Of a DNA stretch of 64,000 bases, positions 1-9,659 are shown piece by piece; within the stretch, counting starts at the first letter, position 1, and each line of letters begins with the position of its first letter. The position numbers and the translations under genes were made by a program. The notes beneath the pieces were generated by a model, which saw only the letters and a list, made by a program, of their open reading frames with translations, ran no database searches and was not told the DNA's origin. The stretch is from Candidatus Levyibacteriota bacterium. GTDB taxonomy: Bacteria > Patescibacteriota > Microgenomatia > Levybacterales > UBA12049. The stretch lies in NCBI GenBank assembly GCA_029260905.1, contig JAJDCH010000014.1, positions 24,129-88,128 on the forward strand. The letters are read 5' to 3'.

Positions 1-2
1 AA

Positions 3-1307
3 TTTTTTGTATACGTGTTAATTTCACTTGCCGTCAAATTGATGGTGGTTATTTCTTATTTCAACAAAATAGTTGATAATAATATAGGATCTATTATTGG
101 GCTTTTCAAAAGTTACAAATTTGAGAAAAAGAATAACAAAAAAAAGCTGCACGTATTGTTTTTTAACTGGAGAGACACAAAGCATATTTATTCAGGAGGA
201 GCTGAGGTTTATATTCATGAAATTGCAAAAAGATTTGTAGGTGATGGAAATAGGGTTACTGTTTTTTGTGGAAACGATAATAATCAAAGAGCAGAAGAGG
301 TAATTAACGGGGTTGAGATTATGAGAAGAGGTGGAACTTTTAGTGTTTATGTATATGCACTTTTTTATTATCTTTTAAAATTTAGAGGTAAAGTAGATGT
401 TATAATTGATTGTGAAAATGGAATTCCATTTTTTACACCTCTTTTTGTAAAAGAGCCAGTTATTCTTCTTGTACACCATGTTCATCAAGAAATATTCAGA
501 GCATTTTTAAAATTTCCACTAAATTATATTGCAGAATTTTTGGAGGGAAATTTGATGCCATTGGTGTATAGCAAAAAAAAGGTTGTAACCGTCTCTCAAT
601 CATCAAGAGAGGATATTATATCGCTAGGATTTACTGATCCATCAAGAATTGAAATTATCCAAAATGGTGTTTCTGGAAATGTGAGTATTTTGCCAGCTGA
701 AAAAACGACATACCCCTCATTTATTTATTTGGGGAGATTAAAAGAATATAAGAGTGTTGATATTGCCATAAAAGCATTTTCAAAAATTCTTTTAAAACAT
801 AAAGATGCAAGATTATCAATAGTTGGCTGGGGAGAAACTTACCCAAAGCTAAAAAACTTAGTTAATAACCTTGGATTAACTGAAAGTATTAATTTTTATG
901 GAAAAGTTGATGAGGCTAAAAAGATTCAGCTTCTCTCATCGGCTTGGGCAATGATTCAGCCTTCATTATTTGAAGGTTGGGGTCTTACTGTAATAGAGGC
1001 AAATACATGTAAAACACCTGTTATTGCATCAAGGGTAAACGGTCTTGTTGATTCTGTTATTGATAAAAGTACAGGAATTTTGGTTGATGTCAAAGATGTT
1101 GATGGTTTTGCAAAAGCGATGTCAGAGATTATATCAGATCCTCAATATTTGCAGATACTCTCGAAAGAAGCAGAAATTTGGTCAAAGAATTTTAGCTGGG
1201 AAAGAAGCGTTCAGGAATTTTATCAAGTAATCGATAAAACAGTAAGTGAAAATAAATCCAGAGCTTCATTTGCCGGATTTACATTTTGGTCAGACTTGAA
1301 TAATTAA
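3..1307 (+). CDS. GT4-family (GT-B) glycosyltransferase, probably 5'-partial
   Basis: Motifs NWRD..H..GGAE, YLGRLKEYK and EGWGLTVIEA. The frame stays open to the window edge through a hydrophobic segment, so the real start is probably upstream. Confidence 0.85.
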   Translation, partial: FFVYVLISLAVKLMVVISYFNKIVDNNIGSIIGLFKSYKFEKKNNKKKLHVLFFNWRDTKHIYSGGAEVYIHEIAKRFVGDGNRVTVFCGNDNNQRAEEVINGVEIMRRGGTFSVYVYALFYYLLKFRGKVDVIIDCENGIPFFTPLFVKEPVILLVHHVHQEIFRAFLKFPLNYIAEFLEGNLMPLVYSKKKVVTVSQSSREDIISLGFTDPSRIEIIQNGVSGNVSILPAEKTTYPSFIYLGRLKEYKSVDIAIKAFSKILLKHKDARLSIVGWGETYPKLKNLVNNLGLTESINFYGKVDEAKKIQLLSSAWAMIQPSLFEGWGLTVIEANTCKTPVIASRVNGLVDSVIDKSTGILVDVKDVDGFAKAMSEIISDPQYLQILSKEAEIWSKNFSWERSVQEFYQVIDKTVSENKSRASFAGFTFWSDLNN

Positions 1308-1309
1308 TT

Positions 1310-2218
1310 ATGAAAAATAAAAAATTACTATCTGTTGGAATACCTGCATATAATGAATCAGGAAATATCAAAAAACTGATTAAATCAATATTGTCTCAGG
1401 CTCAAGACAATTTTAGACTAAAAGAAATTATTGTTGTGTCTGATGGAAGTACAGACAGTACTTATGAAAAAGCAAAAAAATATAATAGTTCAAAGCTACG
1501 TGTTGTAAAAAATAAAAAAAGAATGGGAAAATCTTTTTGTCTTAAGGAGATTATCAAAAAAAACAAAAGTGACATTCTTATTCTGATTGATGCGGATGTT
1601 TATATAGATAATTCATTTTTATTTTCATCAATCGTGAATAACTGTAATTTCAAAAAAGCTGGAATTGCAGCAGTTAACGCATCGCCGATTGATGGAAAGA
1701 CATATTTTGAAAAAATTCTTCAATCAGGTGTTGTTGCAATGAAGCAAATATCAAAATTGTGGTTGAAGTCTCACAATTATTTAGCATTTAGAGGTAGTTT
1801 GTTAGCTTTGGATCGCAGATTTTCAAAAAAGTCACAAATAGACGAAAACCTGGTAAATAATGATTCATTTTTTTACTTTAAAGCAATTGAGCTTGGTTAC
1901 TCCCCTATTTTTTTTGAAAACCTTTTTGTTTATTATAAATTACCATCAAATTTCACAGACCATAAAAAACAATCTCTTAGACATTCTTTTGCAAAAAATG
2001 AGTTGAGGATATATCTTAATAAAGACTTAAGCAAGAAACTTAAAATACCATTTCAAATATATTTTTTTGTAACACTTTCAAATATTGCTAAAAATTTTAT
2101 TTATTTTTTCCCTTATTTAATTATTAGTTTTTTAATAAAATTTGGCAAAAAAGAAAAAGTAAAAAATAAATGGATGGTTGCTGAGTCAACCAAGAAAGGT
2201 GTTTATGTCAAAAAATAA
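1310..2218 (+). CDS. GT2-family glycosyltransferase
   Basis: IPAYNE, VSDGSTD and DAD (DxD) motifs. Confidence 0.85.
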   Translation: MKNKKLLSVGIPAYNESGNIKKLIKSILSQAQDNFRLKEIIVVSDGSTDSTYEKAKKYNSSKLRVVKNKKRMGKSFCLKEIIKKNKSDILILIDADVYIDNSFLFSSIVNNCNFKKAGIAAVNASPIDGKTYFEKILQSGVVAMKQISKLWLKSHNYLAFRGSLLALDRRFSKKSQIDENLVNNDSFFYFKAIELGYSPIFFENLFVYYKLPSNFTDHKKQSLRHSFAKNELRIYLNKDLSKKLKIPFQIYFFVTLSNIAKNFIYFFPYLIISFLIKFGKKEKVKNKWMVAESTKKGVYVKK

Positions 2219-3215
2219 ATATTCAGATCTAAAAAAAATAAATTTTTTAAAAATAATTAAAAATCAAAAAAAAATCAAGAATTTAAAATGTTTAATTTTT
2301 GGTAATTTTGGCGCTGGCAATATGGGAGATGAAGCAATTCTTGCTGGAGAATTAAATCAATTAAGAAAAAATAAAATTAGTAATATTTTTGTAGTTGGAA
2401 AAAATACAAGATTGATTAAAAAAATCCACAAGGTAAATGCAATTAATCTTTATAAATTGGATAAAATACTTAGAGCACTTTTAAGTTCAGATTTAATAAT
2501 ATTTGGTGGAGGTGGGATAATCAATAAATCTGATATTAAAGGATTTATTTATCAAATATACATTTTAACTATTTTTTTGTTTATTCCATCTTTATTTGAA
2601 AAAAGAATTTATCTAATAGGACTTGGCATATATAAAAATGCTAATAAATTAATTATTGGTTATTTTGTTTCTCTTTTAAAGAAAGTAGAATTTATTTCAG
2701 TAAGAGACAGGGATTCAAAGGTTTTACTTGAAGAAAAAGGAGTGAGTAGTAGTGTTTTTATGGACAATAGTTTTTTGATGGATTTGCTATCAAAAAAAGC
2801 TGTGTTAAAAAATGATTTTTTTTCAAAAAAATATGACAAAAATAAAAAAAATATTGGAGTTGCGCTTGTTGATCCAAAAGACAAAGAGCTTGAAAAAAAG
2901 ATTCTGTCTGAAATAAGCAAACTTGTTTTATCTAAAAAAGATACGGTTTTTTGGTTTTATTATTCATATGTAAATGATAAAAAATTTGTAGATAAAATAA
3001 AAATTAGTATTAGCAAAAAATTTAATGATAAATTTGTTTATTTTGATATTCCAGTAGATTTTGGTCCCAAAATGTTTTTCTCCTCATTTTGCCTAATGGA
3101 TTATTTCCTAGCAAGCAGATTTCATGCTATGGTATTTGCATACCGTCAAAAAATAAAGTTTAGTCCTTTCCCTTATGATCTGAAATGTAGCCAATTCTTA
3201 AATTCAATAAAATAA
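2205..3215 (+). CDS. Polysaccharide pyruvyl transferase (CsaB/WcaK-like)
   Basis: GNFGAGNMGDEAIL, FGGGG, SVRD..S, RFHA and YDLKC motifs. ATG 2205 follows AAAGGTG. Confidence 0.8.
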   Translation: MSKNKYSDLKKINFLKIIKNQKKIKNLKCLIFGNFGAGNMGDEAILAGELNQLRKNKISNIFVVGKNTRLIKKIHKVNAINLYKLDKILRALLSSDLIIFGGGGIINKSDIKGFIYQIYILTIFLFIPSLFEKRIYLIGLGIYKNANKLIIGYFVSLLKKVEFISVRDRDSKVLLEEKGVSSSVFMDNSFLMDLLSKKAVLKNDFFSKKYDKNKKNIGVALVDPKDKELEKKILSEISKLVLSKKDTVFWFYYSYVNDKKFVDKIKISISKKFNDKFVYFDIPVDFGPKMFFSSFCLMDYFLASRFHAMVFAYRQKIKFSPFPYDLKCSQFLNSIK

Positions 3216-3219
3216 TAAT

Positions 3220-6200
3220 ATGAAACTTACAAATCTGTTTAATAAAATAACTTTTTTTAAAAACCCAAATTTTTTACTTGCATTTTTTTGCTTTATAATT
3301 CTTGGATTTGTTTTAAGAGGAATTCCTGGAAATCCTACCGCAAAGGATTTGAGTTCTGATGTATGGGTAGATGAGAAGGGGCCACTTGAACTTTCTCCTG
3401 AAAAAGGAAGATACGCTCTTACCTATTCACTAGTTGAAAATAAGTCGATTTATTTTTCAAAGGAATTAGCTCGTTTTTCTGCACCAGATGTAGGATATAT
3501 AAATAATAGATATGTATCTCTTTTTGCTCCAAGCCTCTCAGCTATTGCCATCCCTGGATATATTTTAGGAAAATTTTTTGGATCAGCACAACTTGGTACA
3601 TATCTTACTGTTACTATTTTTGCAGTTCTTAATGCACTGCTGATTCGTTTGATTGCGATAAGAATAGGTGTGGGTAAAAAAGCTGCAATTATTTCATCGT
3701 TTGCTTTTATTTTTGCATCGCCTGCTTTTTCGTATGCAGTCAGTTTTTATCAACATCATTTAAGTACTTTTTTAATTCTATTAAGCATTTATATATTAAC
3801 CTGTTCTAAATCTGTCAGATCACTAGCTGCTATATGGTTTTTGTTTGCATTTGCCGTAACTGTTGATTATCCAAATTTTTTCATGATGCTTCCAATCGCG
3901 CTTACAGCGTTTTTTAGATCTATTAATGTAAGAAACAAATTAGATCAAATAAGCTTACAAGTAAATTATAAAAAACTGTTAACATTTATTGTCGCTTTTG
4001 TTCCATTAATATCTCTTTTATTATTCAATCAATTTTCAAACGGCAATCCTTTTCTTTTATCAGGAGGTGTTGAGAGAGCAATAGGGGTTGAAAAAGATGG
4101 AACACCAAAGCTTGAAGGGGATGTAATACTTGAGAGACTGGATTTAAAACCAGGTGAGGCTTTGCCAGAAAAAACCATACTTGGATTTTTTCAGAACAGG
4201 AATATGTTAAATGGAATTTATATACAGTTATTTAGTCTTGATAGAGGATTTATTGTTTATGCACCAGTTATGCTTTTTGGAATTCTGGGTCTTATATATG
4301 CTTTAAGAAAAAAAATCAGCAATAGTGAACTTTTACTTTCAATTGTTGGATTCAATCTTATTTTATATTCAATGTGGAGTGATCCAGCAGGCGGTTGGGC
4401 TTTTGGAACGCGTTATCTTATTCCATCTTTCGCAATTCTTTCGATATTCATTGGTTTTGCGCTTCGTATTATTAGAAAAAATATTGTTCTCTTACTTATA
4501 TTTATGAGTCTTTTTTCGTATTCAATTGGAGTTAATACAATTGGTGCAGTCACTTCCAATAGAAATCCGCCAAGAGTTGAGATAAATGATTTGGAATCGA
4601 AAACAAAAAAAGTAGAAAAATACACATTCATGAGAAATTTTGAAAAGCTTAACGACGGAAACGTTAAGTCATATTTCTATCAAACAAATGCAAAAGCTAT
4701 TATCTCAGCAAAAACTTATTATTTAATAATCTTACTGATTCTTTTATCTTCAACTTGTTTTATTTTGTATCAGTTTCAAAGAAAAGATGATGAGATATCT
4801 GAAGTTAAAAATAATGAGTCAGAATCGCTTACGAATTATTCGGAAATTGATATTTCTCAAAAATTTGTTCAAAAAGTAAAAAATTTCTTTCACAAAAGAA
4901 CGATCAAGGTAATTGTTGTAAGTTTTTCGACTGTTTCTATTGTTGCTTTTATCATTTATTATTTGAATGGTCTTGGTCTTGCATACAATGATGCAAGATC
5001 ACATCTAGACATTGGGCGACGCGTGGTAGAGAATTTGCAGCCAGGATTTGCTCAGCTTGGGTCAGTCTGGTTGCCGCTTCCCCATCTTCTTATGACTGTT
5101 ACGATCTGGAATGACTTTATGTGGCATTCTGGATTGTCTGGGGCAATACAGTCTATGGTTTCATATGTAGCATGTAATGTAATGATTTATCTATTTCTTA
5201 AAAAACTTAATGTCTCTATGTTTGGTCGAGTAATAGGAGTTTTGATTTTTGCATTTAATTTAAATGTTTTGTATATGCAATCAACTGCCATGACTGAGCT
5301 TTTACTGCTTGCTACACTTCTGGCTGGCACATATCAGCTTTTGTTGTGGTTTGAGTCAGATGAGGTATGGGATTTGATAAAGTCTGCATTTTTTGTCATG
5401 CTTGCAACACTTATCCGTTATGAAGGCTGGTTTTTGCTTCTTTTTTCAGCTATTTTAATTTTTCTGAAAACACTTAAAAAATCTAGTTATAAAAGAGCTG
5501 AAGGAATGTTTCTTCTTTATTCAAGTTTTGCAGGACTTGGTGTTGTCCTCTGGGTGTTGTGGAACACAATGATTTTTAAAGACCCTCTGTATTTCATATT
5601 CGGACCTTATTCTGCGTCTGCGCAGCAGGAGCTTTTGGAAGAAGCAGGAGTACTAGCAACTAAGCACGATTTGTTTTTTTCATTAAAAACATATTATTTT
5701 GCGCTTGTTTATAATACCGGAATGTTTCAAGTTATCCTAGGAGTTGTAGGTGCGCTTTTCCTTTTCTTTGATAAAAGAATATCTAAGAATCTAAAAATGG
5801 CATCTACTGCTCTTTTTGCGCCTTTTATTTTTAACGTGTTAGCTTTGTATCTAGGTCATTCTGTACTATTTGTACAAGGCTTATCAGGCACCTCATGGTT
5901 TAATGTCAGATATGGCTTGATGATGGCACCTGCTATTGCTATATTTATTGGATTTTTTATGGATAGAGTTAAATCAGTAAGACTGACTATTATTGGTATG
6001 TTGCTTTTTGTAACATTTTTTACATTTGTAAATCATGATGCTGTGACAATTGATGATGCGGTAGTTGGAGCAAGTGGGAAAAACGTTAAAGAAGTTAGTG
6101 GGTATTTAGAAGAAAATGCATTGCAAGAGCCTCATTTTGTACTTATATCAGCAGCAAGTCATGATGCAATTATTTTTTCATCAGGTCTCCCAATGAAGCG

Positions 6201-6441
6201 ATTTATTCATGAAGGAACAGGTTTGTATTGGGATTTAGCAACAGCACATCCTGAAAAATGGGCACGCTGGATCATTCTTCGAACTTATGATCAAGGAGAT
6301 CAAACCTACAGAATACTACAATACAGCACATCTTTTAAGGAAAATTATACATTAGTACATAAATTTCCATTTGCCGATATATATGAATTAAAACCTGAAT
6401 TCATATCTGCTCTTGAGACAAATGCAAGCGCTTTTGAATAA
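3220..6441 (+). CDS. Large polytopic membrane protein with two GT-C-like (PMT/GT39-like) modules
   Basis: Two multi-TM halves joined by a charged linker. First half has GGWAFGTRYLIP; second has YNDARSHL, WLPLPH, RYEGW and FNVRYG. Confidence 0.6.
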   Translation: MKLTNLFNKITFFKNPNFLLAFFCFIILGFVLRGIPGNPTAKDLSSDVWVDEKGPLELSPEKGRYALTYSLVENKSIYFSKELARFSAPDVGYINNRYVSLFAPSLSAIAIPGYILGKFFGSAQLGTYLTVTIFAVLNALLIRLIAIRIGVGKKAAIISSFAFIFASPAFSYAVSFYQHHLSTFLILLSIYILTCSKSVRSLAAIWFLFAFAVTVDYPNFFMMLPIALTAFFRSINVRNKLDQISLQVNYKKLLTFIVAFVPLISLLLFNQFSNGNPFLLSGGVERAIGVEKDGTPKLEGDVILERLDLKPGEALPEKTILGFFQNRNMLNGIYIQLFSLDRGFIVYAPVMLFGILGLIYALRKKISNSELLLSIVGFNLILYSMWSDPAGGWAFGTRYLIPSFAILSIFIGFALRIIRKNIVLLLIFMSLFSYSIGVNTIGAVTSNRNPPRVEINDLESKTKKVEKYTFMRNFEKLNDGNVKSYFYQTNAKAIISAKTYYLIILLILLSSTCFILYQFQRKDDEISEVKNNESESLTNYSEIDISQKFVQKVKNFFHKRTIKVIVVSFSTVSIVAFIIYYLNGLGLAYNDARSHLDIGRRVVENLQPGFAQLGSVWLPLPHLLMTVTIWNDFMWHSGLSGAIQSMVSYVACNVMIYLFLKKLNVSMFGRVIGVLIFAFNLNVLYMQSTAMTELLLLATLLAGTYQLLLWFESDEVWDLIKSAFFVMLATLIRYEGWFLLLFSAILIFLKTLKKSSYKRAEGMFLLYSSFAGLGVVLWVLWNTMIFKDPLYFIFGPYSASAQQELLEEAGVLATKHDLFFSLKTYYFALVYNTGMFQVILGVVGALFLFFDKRISKNLKMASTALFAPFIFNVLALYLGHSVLFVQGLSGTSWFNVRYGLMMAPAIAIFIGFFMDRVKSVRLTIIGMLLFVTFFTFVNHDAVTIDDAVVGASGKNVKEVSGYLEENALQEPHFVLISAASHDAIIFSSGLPMKRFIHEGTGLYWDLATAHPEKWARWIILRTYDQGDQTYRILQYSTSFKENYTLVHKFPFADIYELKPEFISALETNASAFE

Positions 6442-6442
6442 T

Positions 6443-7411
6443 ATGAAAAAAAAATTAAAAATTATAATTTTTTTACTTTTAATGATAATTTTTTTGTCAG
6501 GTTTTTATATATTTATAAAAAATAAGATAGATCAAAACTGGCAAGTAAAATCAATTGATACTATGAAATATTCAAGAGATGAGGCTCAAAGAGGAATAAA
6601 TGATAAGAATTATGTTTCATCAATTGACAGACAGATGGCCGAGATTGCTGGAGCTGGGGCAAATTATGTTGCAATAGGAACACCATATGATAAAGAATTT
6701 TTGCCGGTATTGAGGTTGTGGGTAAAAGCAGCAAGAAGACGTGAGCTAAAAGTTTTCTTTAGGGGAAATTTTTCGGGTTGGGAAGAGTGGTTTGGGTATG
6801 AAAAAATTGGAGAAGAAGAACATCTGAGGTTAACAGAAGAGTTTATTCTTGAAAATTCTGATCTTTTTGAAGATGGAGATATTTTCTCATCTTGTCCAGA
6901 ATGTGAAAATGGTCCAAGATTCTCATATCATGACAAAATAGCTGTTTCTAAGCACAGGAGCTTTATCCTACAGGAATACCAATTAACCAAAAAAGCTTTT
7001 GAGGAAATAGAAAAAGATGTTGATTCAAATTATTTTTCTATGAATATGGATGTTGCAAAACTTATTATGGATCGTGAAACTACTGAAAAACTTGATGGAA
7101 TTGTGACTGTTGATCACTATGTAAAAGATACTGAGGTGCTTGCTAGAGACGTAGAAGCACTTGCTAACCAAACCGGTGGAATGATAGTTCTGGGTGAGTT
7201 TGGCGCTCCAATTCCTGATATCCATGGAGAAATGAACAATCAGCAACAAAAAGATTGGATTGAGGCTGTTTTAACAGATTTATCTAATCGTTCTTATATA
7301 AAGGGAGTTAATTATTGGGTGGGTGTGGGGGGCTCTACAGCTCTCTGGAGTGACAGTGGGGATCCCAAACCAGCAGTTGAGGTAATTAGACAATTTTATC
7401 AAAAGAAATAA
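6443..7411 (+). CDS. Membrane-anchored putative glycoside hydrolase (clan GH-A-like TIM barrel)
   Basis: N-terminal TM helix, candidate catalytic glutamates in PECEN and LGEFG, C-terminal GVNYW. Confidence 0.5.
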   Translation: MKKKLKIIIFLLLMIIFLSGFYIFIKNKIDQNWQVKSIDTMKYSRDEAQRGINDKNYVSSIDRQMAEIAGAGANYVAIGTPYDKEFLPVLRLWVKAARRRELKVFFRGNFSGWEEWFGYEKIGEEEHLRLTEEFILENSDLFEDGDIFSSCPECENGPRFSYHDKIAVSKHRSFILQEYQLTKKAFEEIEKDVDSNYFSMNMDVAKLIMDRETTEKLDGIVTVDHYVKDTEVLARDVEALANQTGGMIVLGEFGAPIPDIHGEMNNQQQKDWIEAVLTDLSNRSYIKGVNYWVGVGGSTALWSDSGDPKPAVEVIRQFYQKK

Positions 7412-7428
7412 CATATAGTAATATACTA

Positions 7429-7457
7429 TTGACAAACTAATTGATCTATGATATAAA
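7429..7457 (+). promoter_or_regulatory. Sigma70 promoter of the substrate-sortase unit
   Basis: TTGACA-17 nt-TATAAA with an extended TGn. Confidence 0.6.
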
Positions 7458-7485
7458 GTGATTCATACTTTCTATAAGTCTTAAT

Positions 7486-8010
7486 ATGAATAAAAATAAA
7501 AGTATTTTAATGGTAACAGCATTCGCCCTTTCGCTTGGGTTTGTTTCACCAGTTGAAGCAGCAGGCGGTGCTCCTGATTTTGGGACATGTGTTGCTCCAA
7601 AAGGAGAAGTAATAGCTAGCTACGCAAATGGGGTTCATGGAATTCCAGGAAAAAGAGAAACCTTTAAAGGTTCAGACACTGTATATAAAATATCTCAAGA
7701 CGTAGTCTTGCAGTGTTTTTGTCCAGAAAACGGCAAAGGAATCCAAACTAATTGGCTTAGAGCAAAAGATCTTTCCAAAACAGAAATAGCAAAGCTCAGA
7801 AAACAAGGATGGGTCTATATCGCAACAGGTTCAGTCTGGGGACTTGATGATGTTGCATATCTTGCAAAAAATGTTGAATATACATGTAAAGCTGGAGTAG
7901 CCACAAAAGGTCTTGCAAATACAGGTAATCTTTTTCTTCTCAATACCCTTCTTTTAGGCGGCATGACAACAGCTGCATTAGCATTTCTTTTAAAGAAATT
8001 CAGAAAATAA
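7486..8010 (+). CDS. Secreted Cys-containing protein with LAXTG (LANTG) cell-wall sorting signal
   Basis: Signal peptide ending VEA-A. C-terminus is LANTG, a hydrophobic stretch and a KKFRK tail. Lies directly upstream of a sortase. Confidence 0.75.
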   Translation: MNKNKSILMVTAFALSLGFVSPVEAAGGAPDFGTCVAPKGEVIASYANGVHGIPGKRETFKGSDTVYKISQDVVLQCFCPENGKGIQTNWLRAKDLSKTEIAKLRKQGWVYIATGSVWGLDDVAYLAKNVEYTCKAGVATKGLANTGNLFLLNTLLLGGMTTAALAFLLKKFRK

Positions 8011-8022
8011 TCGAATTTCATT

Positions 8023-8592
8023 ATGAAGAATGCATTCAACATTTTTCTAATTACTTTATCTATCGTTTTTTTCACACTTGCAGGTTTCCAGGTTTATCTT
8101 CGACTCAATCCCTCACGTACTCTAGCTGTTTCTACTGTTGGTTTTGAAAAATATCGTTATCCTCAGGTATTTGATCAAGTTGATGAAATAGTCGTTCTAA
8201 GCAACCCAATAAGAATTCAAATCGAAGATTTAGGAATTAACTTACCTATTTTTCAATCAAGAATTAATAACGATGTTTGGGAAACAACGGATAAGGGCGC
8301 ATCTTATCTCGTAGAAACGCCAGTTCCTGGAGACAAAGGCAATAGTGTTATCTATGGACATAACTGGAATGGTTTGTTTGCAAATCTAGTAAATACAAAG
8401 TCAGGACAAATTGTGAAAGTGGAGTATGAAGATGGAAGCACTAAGGAATTTGTAGTTGATCATACATCAATTGTAGGTCCTGATAATTCAGAAATTTTAG
8501 CTTTTTCAGAAAAACCGATATTGACAATATATACATGTACTGGTTTTCTTGATTCTCAAAGATTTGTTGTTGTTGCAACACTTAAACAATAA
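8023..8592 (+). CDS. Sortase (class D/E-like)
   Basis: N-terminal TM anchor, His in YGHN, Cys in LTIYTC, Arg in RFVVVA. Confidence 0.9.
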   Translation: MKNAFNIFLITLSIVFFTLAGFQVYLRLNPSRTLAVSTVGFEKYRYPQVFDQVDEIVVLSNPIRIQIEDLGINLPIFQSRINNDVWETTDKGASYLVETPVPGDKGNSVIYGHNWNGLFANLVNTKSGQIVKVEYEDGSTKEFVVDHTSIVGPDNSEILAFSEKPILTIYTCTGFLDSQRFVVVATLKQ

Positions 8593-8627
8593 AACCCCAC
8601 TATAGCTTTTTGCTAGGCGGGGTTTTA
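8590..8627. terminator. Bidirectional intrinsic terminator
   Basis: TAAAACCCC...GGGGTTTTA hairpin immediately after the sortase stop codon. Confidence 0.6.
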
Positions 8628-8767
8628 AGTAAAACAAATATTGTTGTTTCATGATTATGATTAGGACAGAAAATCATAATCTAAAAAGTGTGTTCTTAGA
8701 TTAAGGGATATGCTTATTCTTGTCAATTAGTGCAAAGACAATTAAACTATATCAAAAGGTAGAATTA

Positions 8768-9619
8768 TTATTTTTTGTTAAAACTTAAAGATATTTTTGT
8801 TTTTAATCCAATGTGATCTGAGAGAAACCTTTTTTTGTTATTTCCAAGTATTTCTTTTTTGTTGAAAATCTCAATTGTATTTTGTATTTTTATTTTTCCA
8901 GTATTCATTCTTAAAAATATATAATCAATTCTTTTTACTTTTTTGTGTTTGGGTAAAAATGATTGGTGCTGTGTAGGGGTATGAAGTCGTTTAAATAAAT
9001 CCTCAAGCTTTGCATTTTTAATAAAATCCTTATAGATGAGTGAATCTTTTGCGGTATTAAAATCTCCTGCTGCTATTAGATCTCTTTTCTTTTTTGAATG
9101 ATTGTTTATTATTTCTGAAAGTTGCGCAAGTTGAGCGCTATTATACTTGCTAAAACGGTTTTTCATCGAGTAGTCATGGTCTAGATTTGGCGTGATGTGA
9201 GCGTTTAGTATATATACTGGGTAATTCTTCAATTTGCAAACAAGCGCTCCATTCCTAATTATATGAGCTATAAATGAAGTGTTGGTGAGACTTCCTCTAA
9301 TTTCAAAATCGATATATTCTGTTTTTTCAACTTTATGTTTGGAAAACATAACGAGTCCGCCTTTTGGCCCATAAAGATATTTTTTATAAATAACATAAGG
9401 ATATTTTGTAAGTTGTTTTCTTAAAATATTTAAAAAAGAGTATGTGTGAACCTCTTGAAGAAAAATTAAATCAACATCTTCTTTTTCAAGAATTTCAGCA
9501 ATTTTTTTTTGTCTTTTTATAAAATTTATAGAGTCCCAAAAGCCGTGAAGACTATCAAAACTAAATGCTCCCATGGTATTAAAACAAATAAGTGTTAGTT
9601 TAAGGGTTGTAAATTTCAT
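8768..9619 (-). CDS. Endonuclease/exonuclease/phosphatase (EEP) family protein, sphingomyelinase-like
   Basis: LQEV, GDFN, RIDYI and SDH motifs. Confidence 0.85.
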   Translation of the reverse strand: MKFTTLKLTLICFNTMGAFSFDSLHGFWDSINFIKRQKKIAEILEKEDVDLIFLQEVHTYSFLNILRKQLTKYPYVIYKKYLYGPKGGLVMFSKHKVEKTEYIDFEIRGSLTNTSFIAHIIRNGALVCKLKNYPVYILNAHITPNLDHDYSMKNRFSKYNSAQLAQLSEIINNHSKKKRDLIAAGDFNTAKDSLIYKDFIKNAKLEDLFKRLHTPTQHQSFLPKHKKVKRIDYIFLRMNTGKIKIQNTIEIFNKKEILGNNKKRFLSDHIGLKTKISLSFNKK

Positions 9620-9659
9620 CCAAACATTATACCATATTAGTCGTTATTTAAAGCTTTTT

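Noticed and set aside
8506-8652. ~48-codon minus-strand ORF starting at ATG 8652
   Set aside because: It crosses the terminator, runs antisense into the sortase gene and has no SD; an RNA interpretation fits better.
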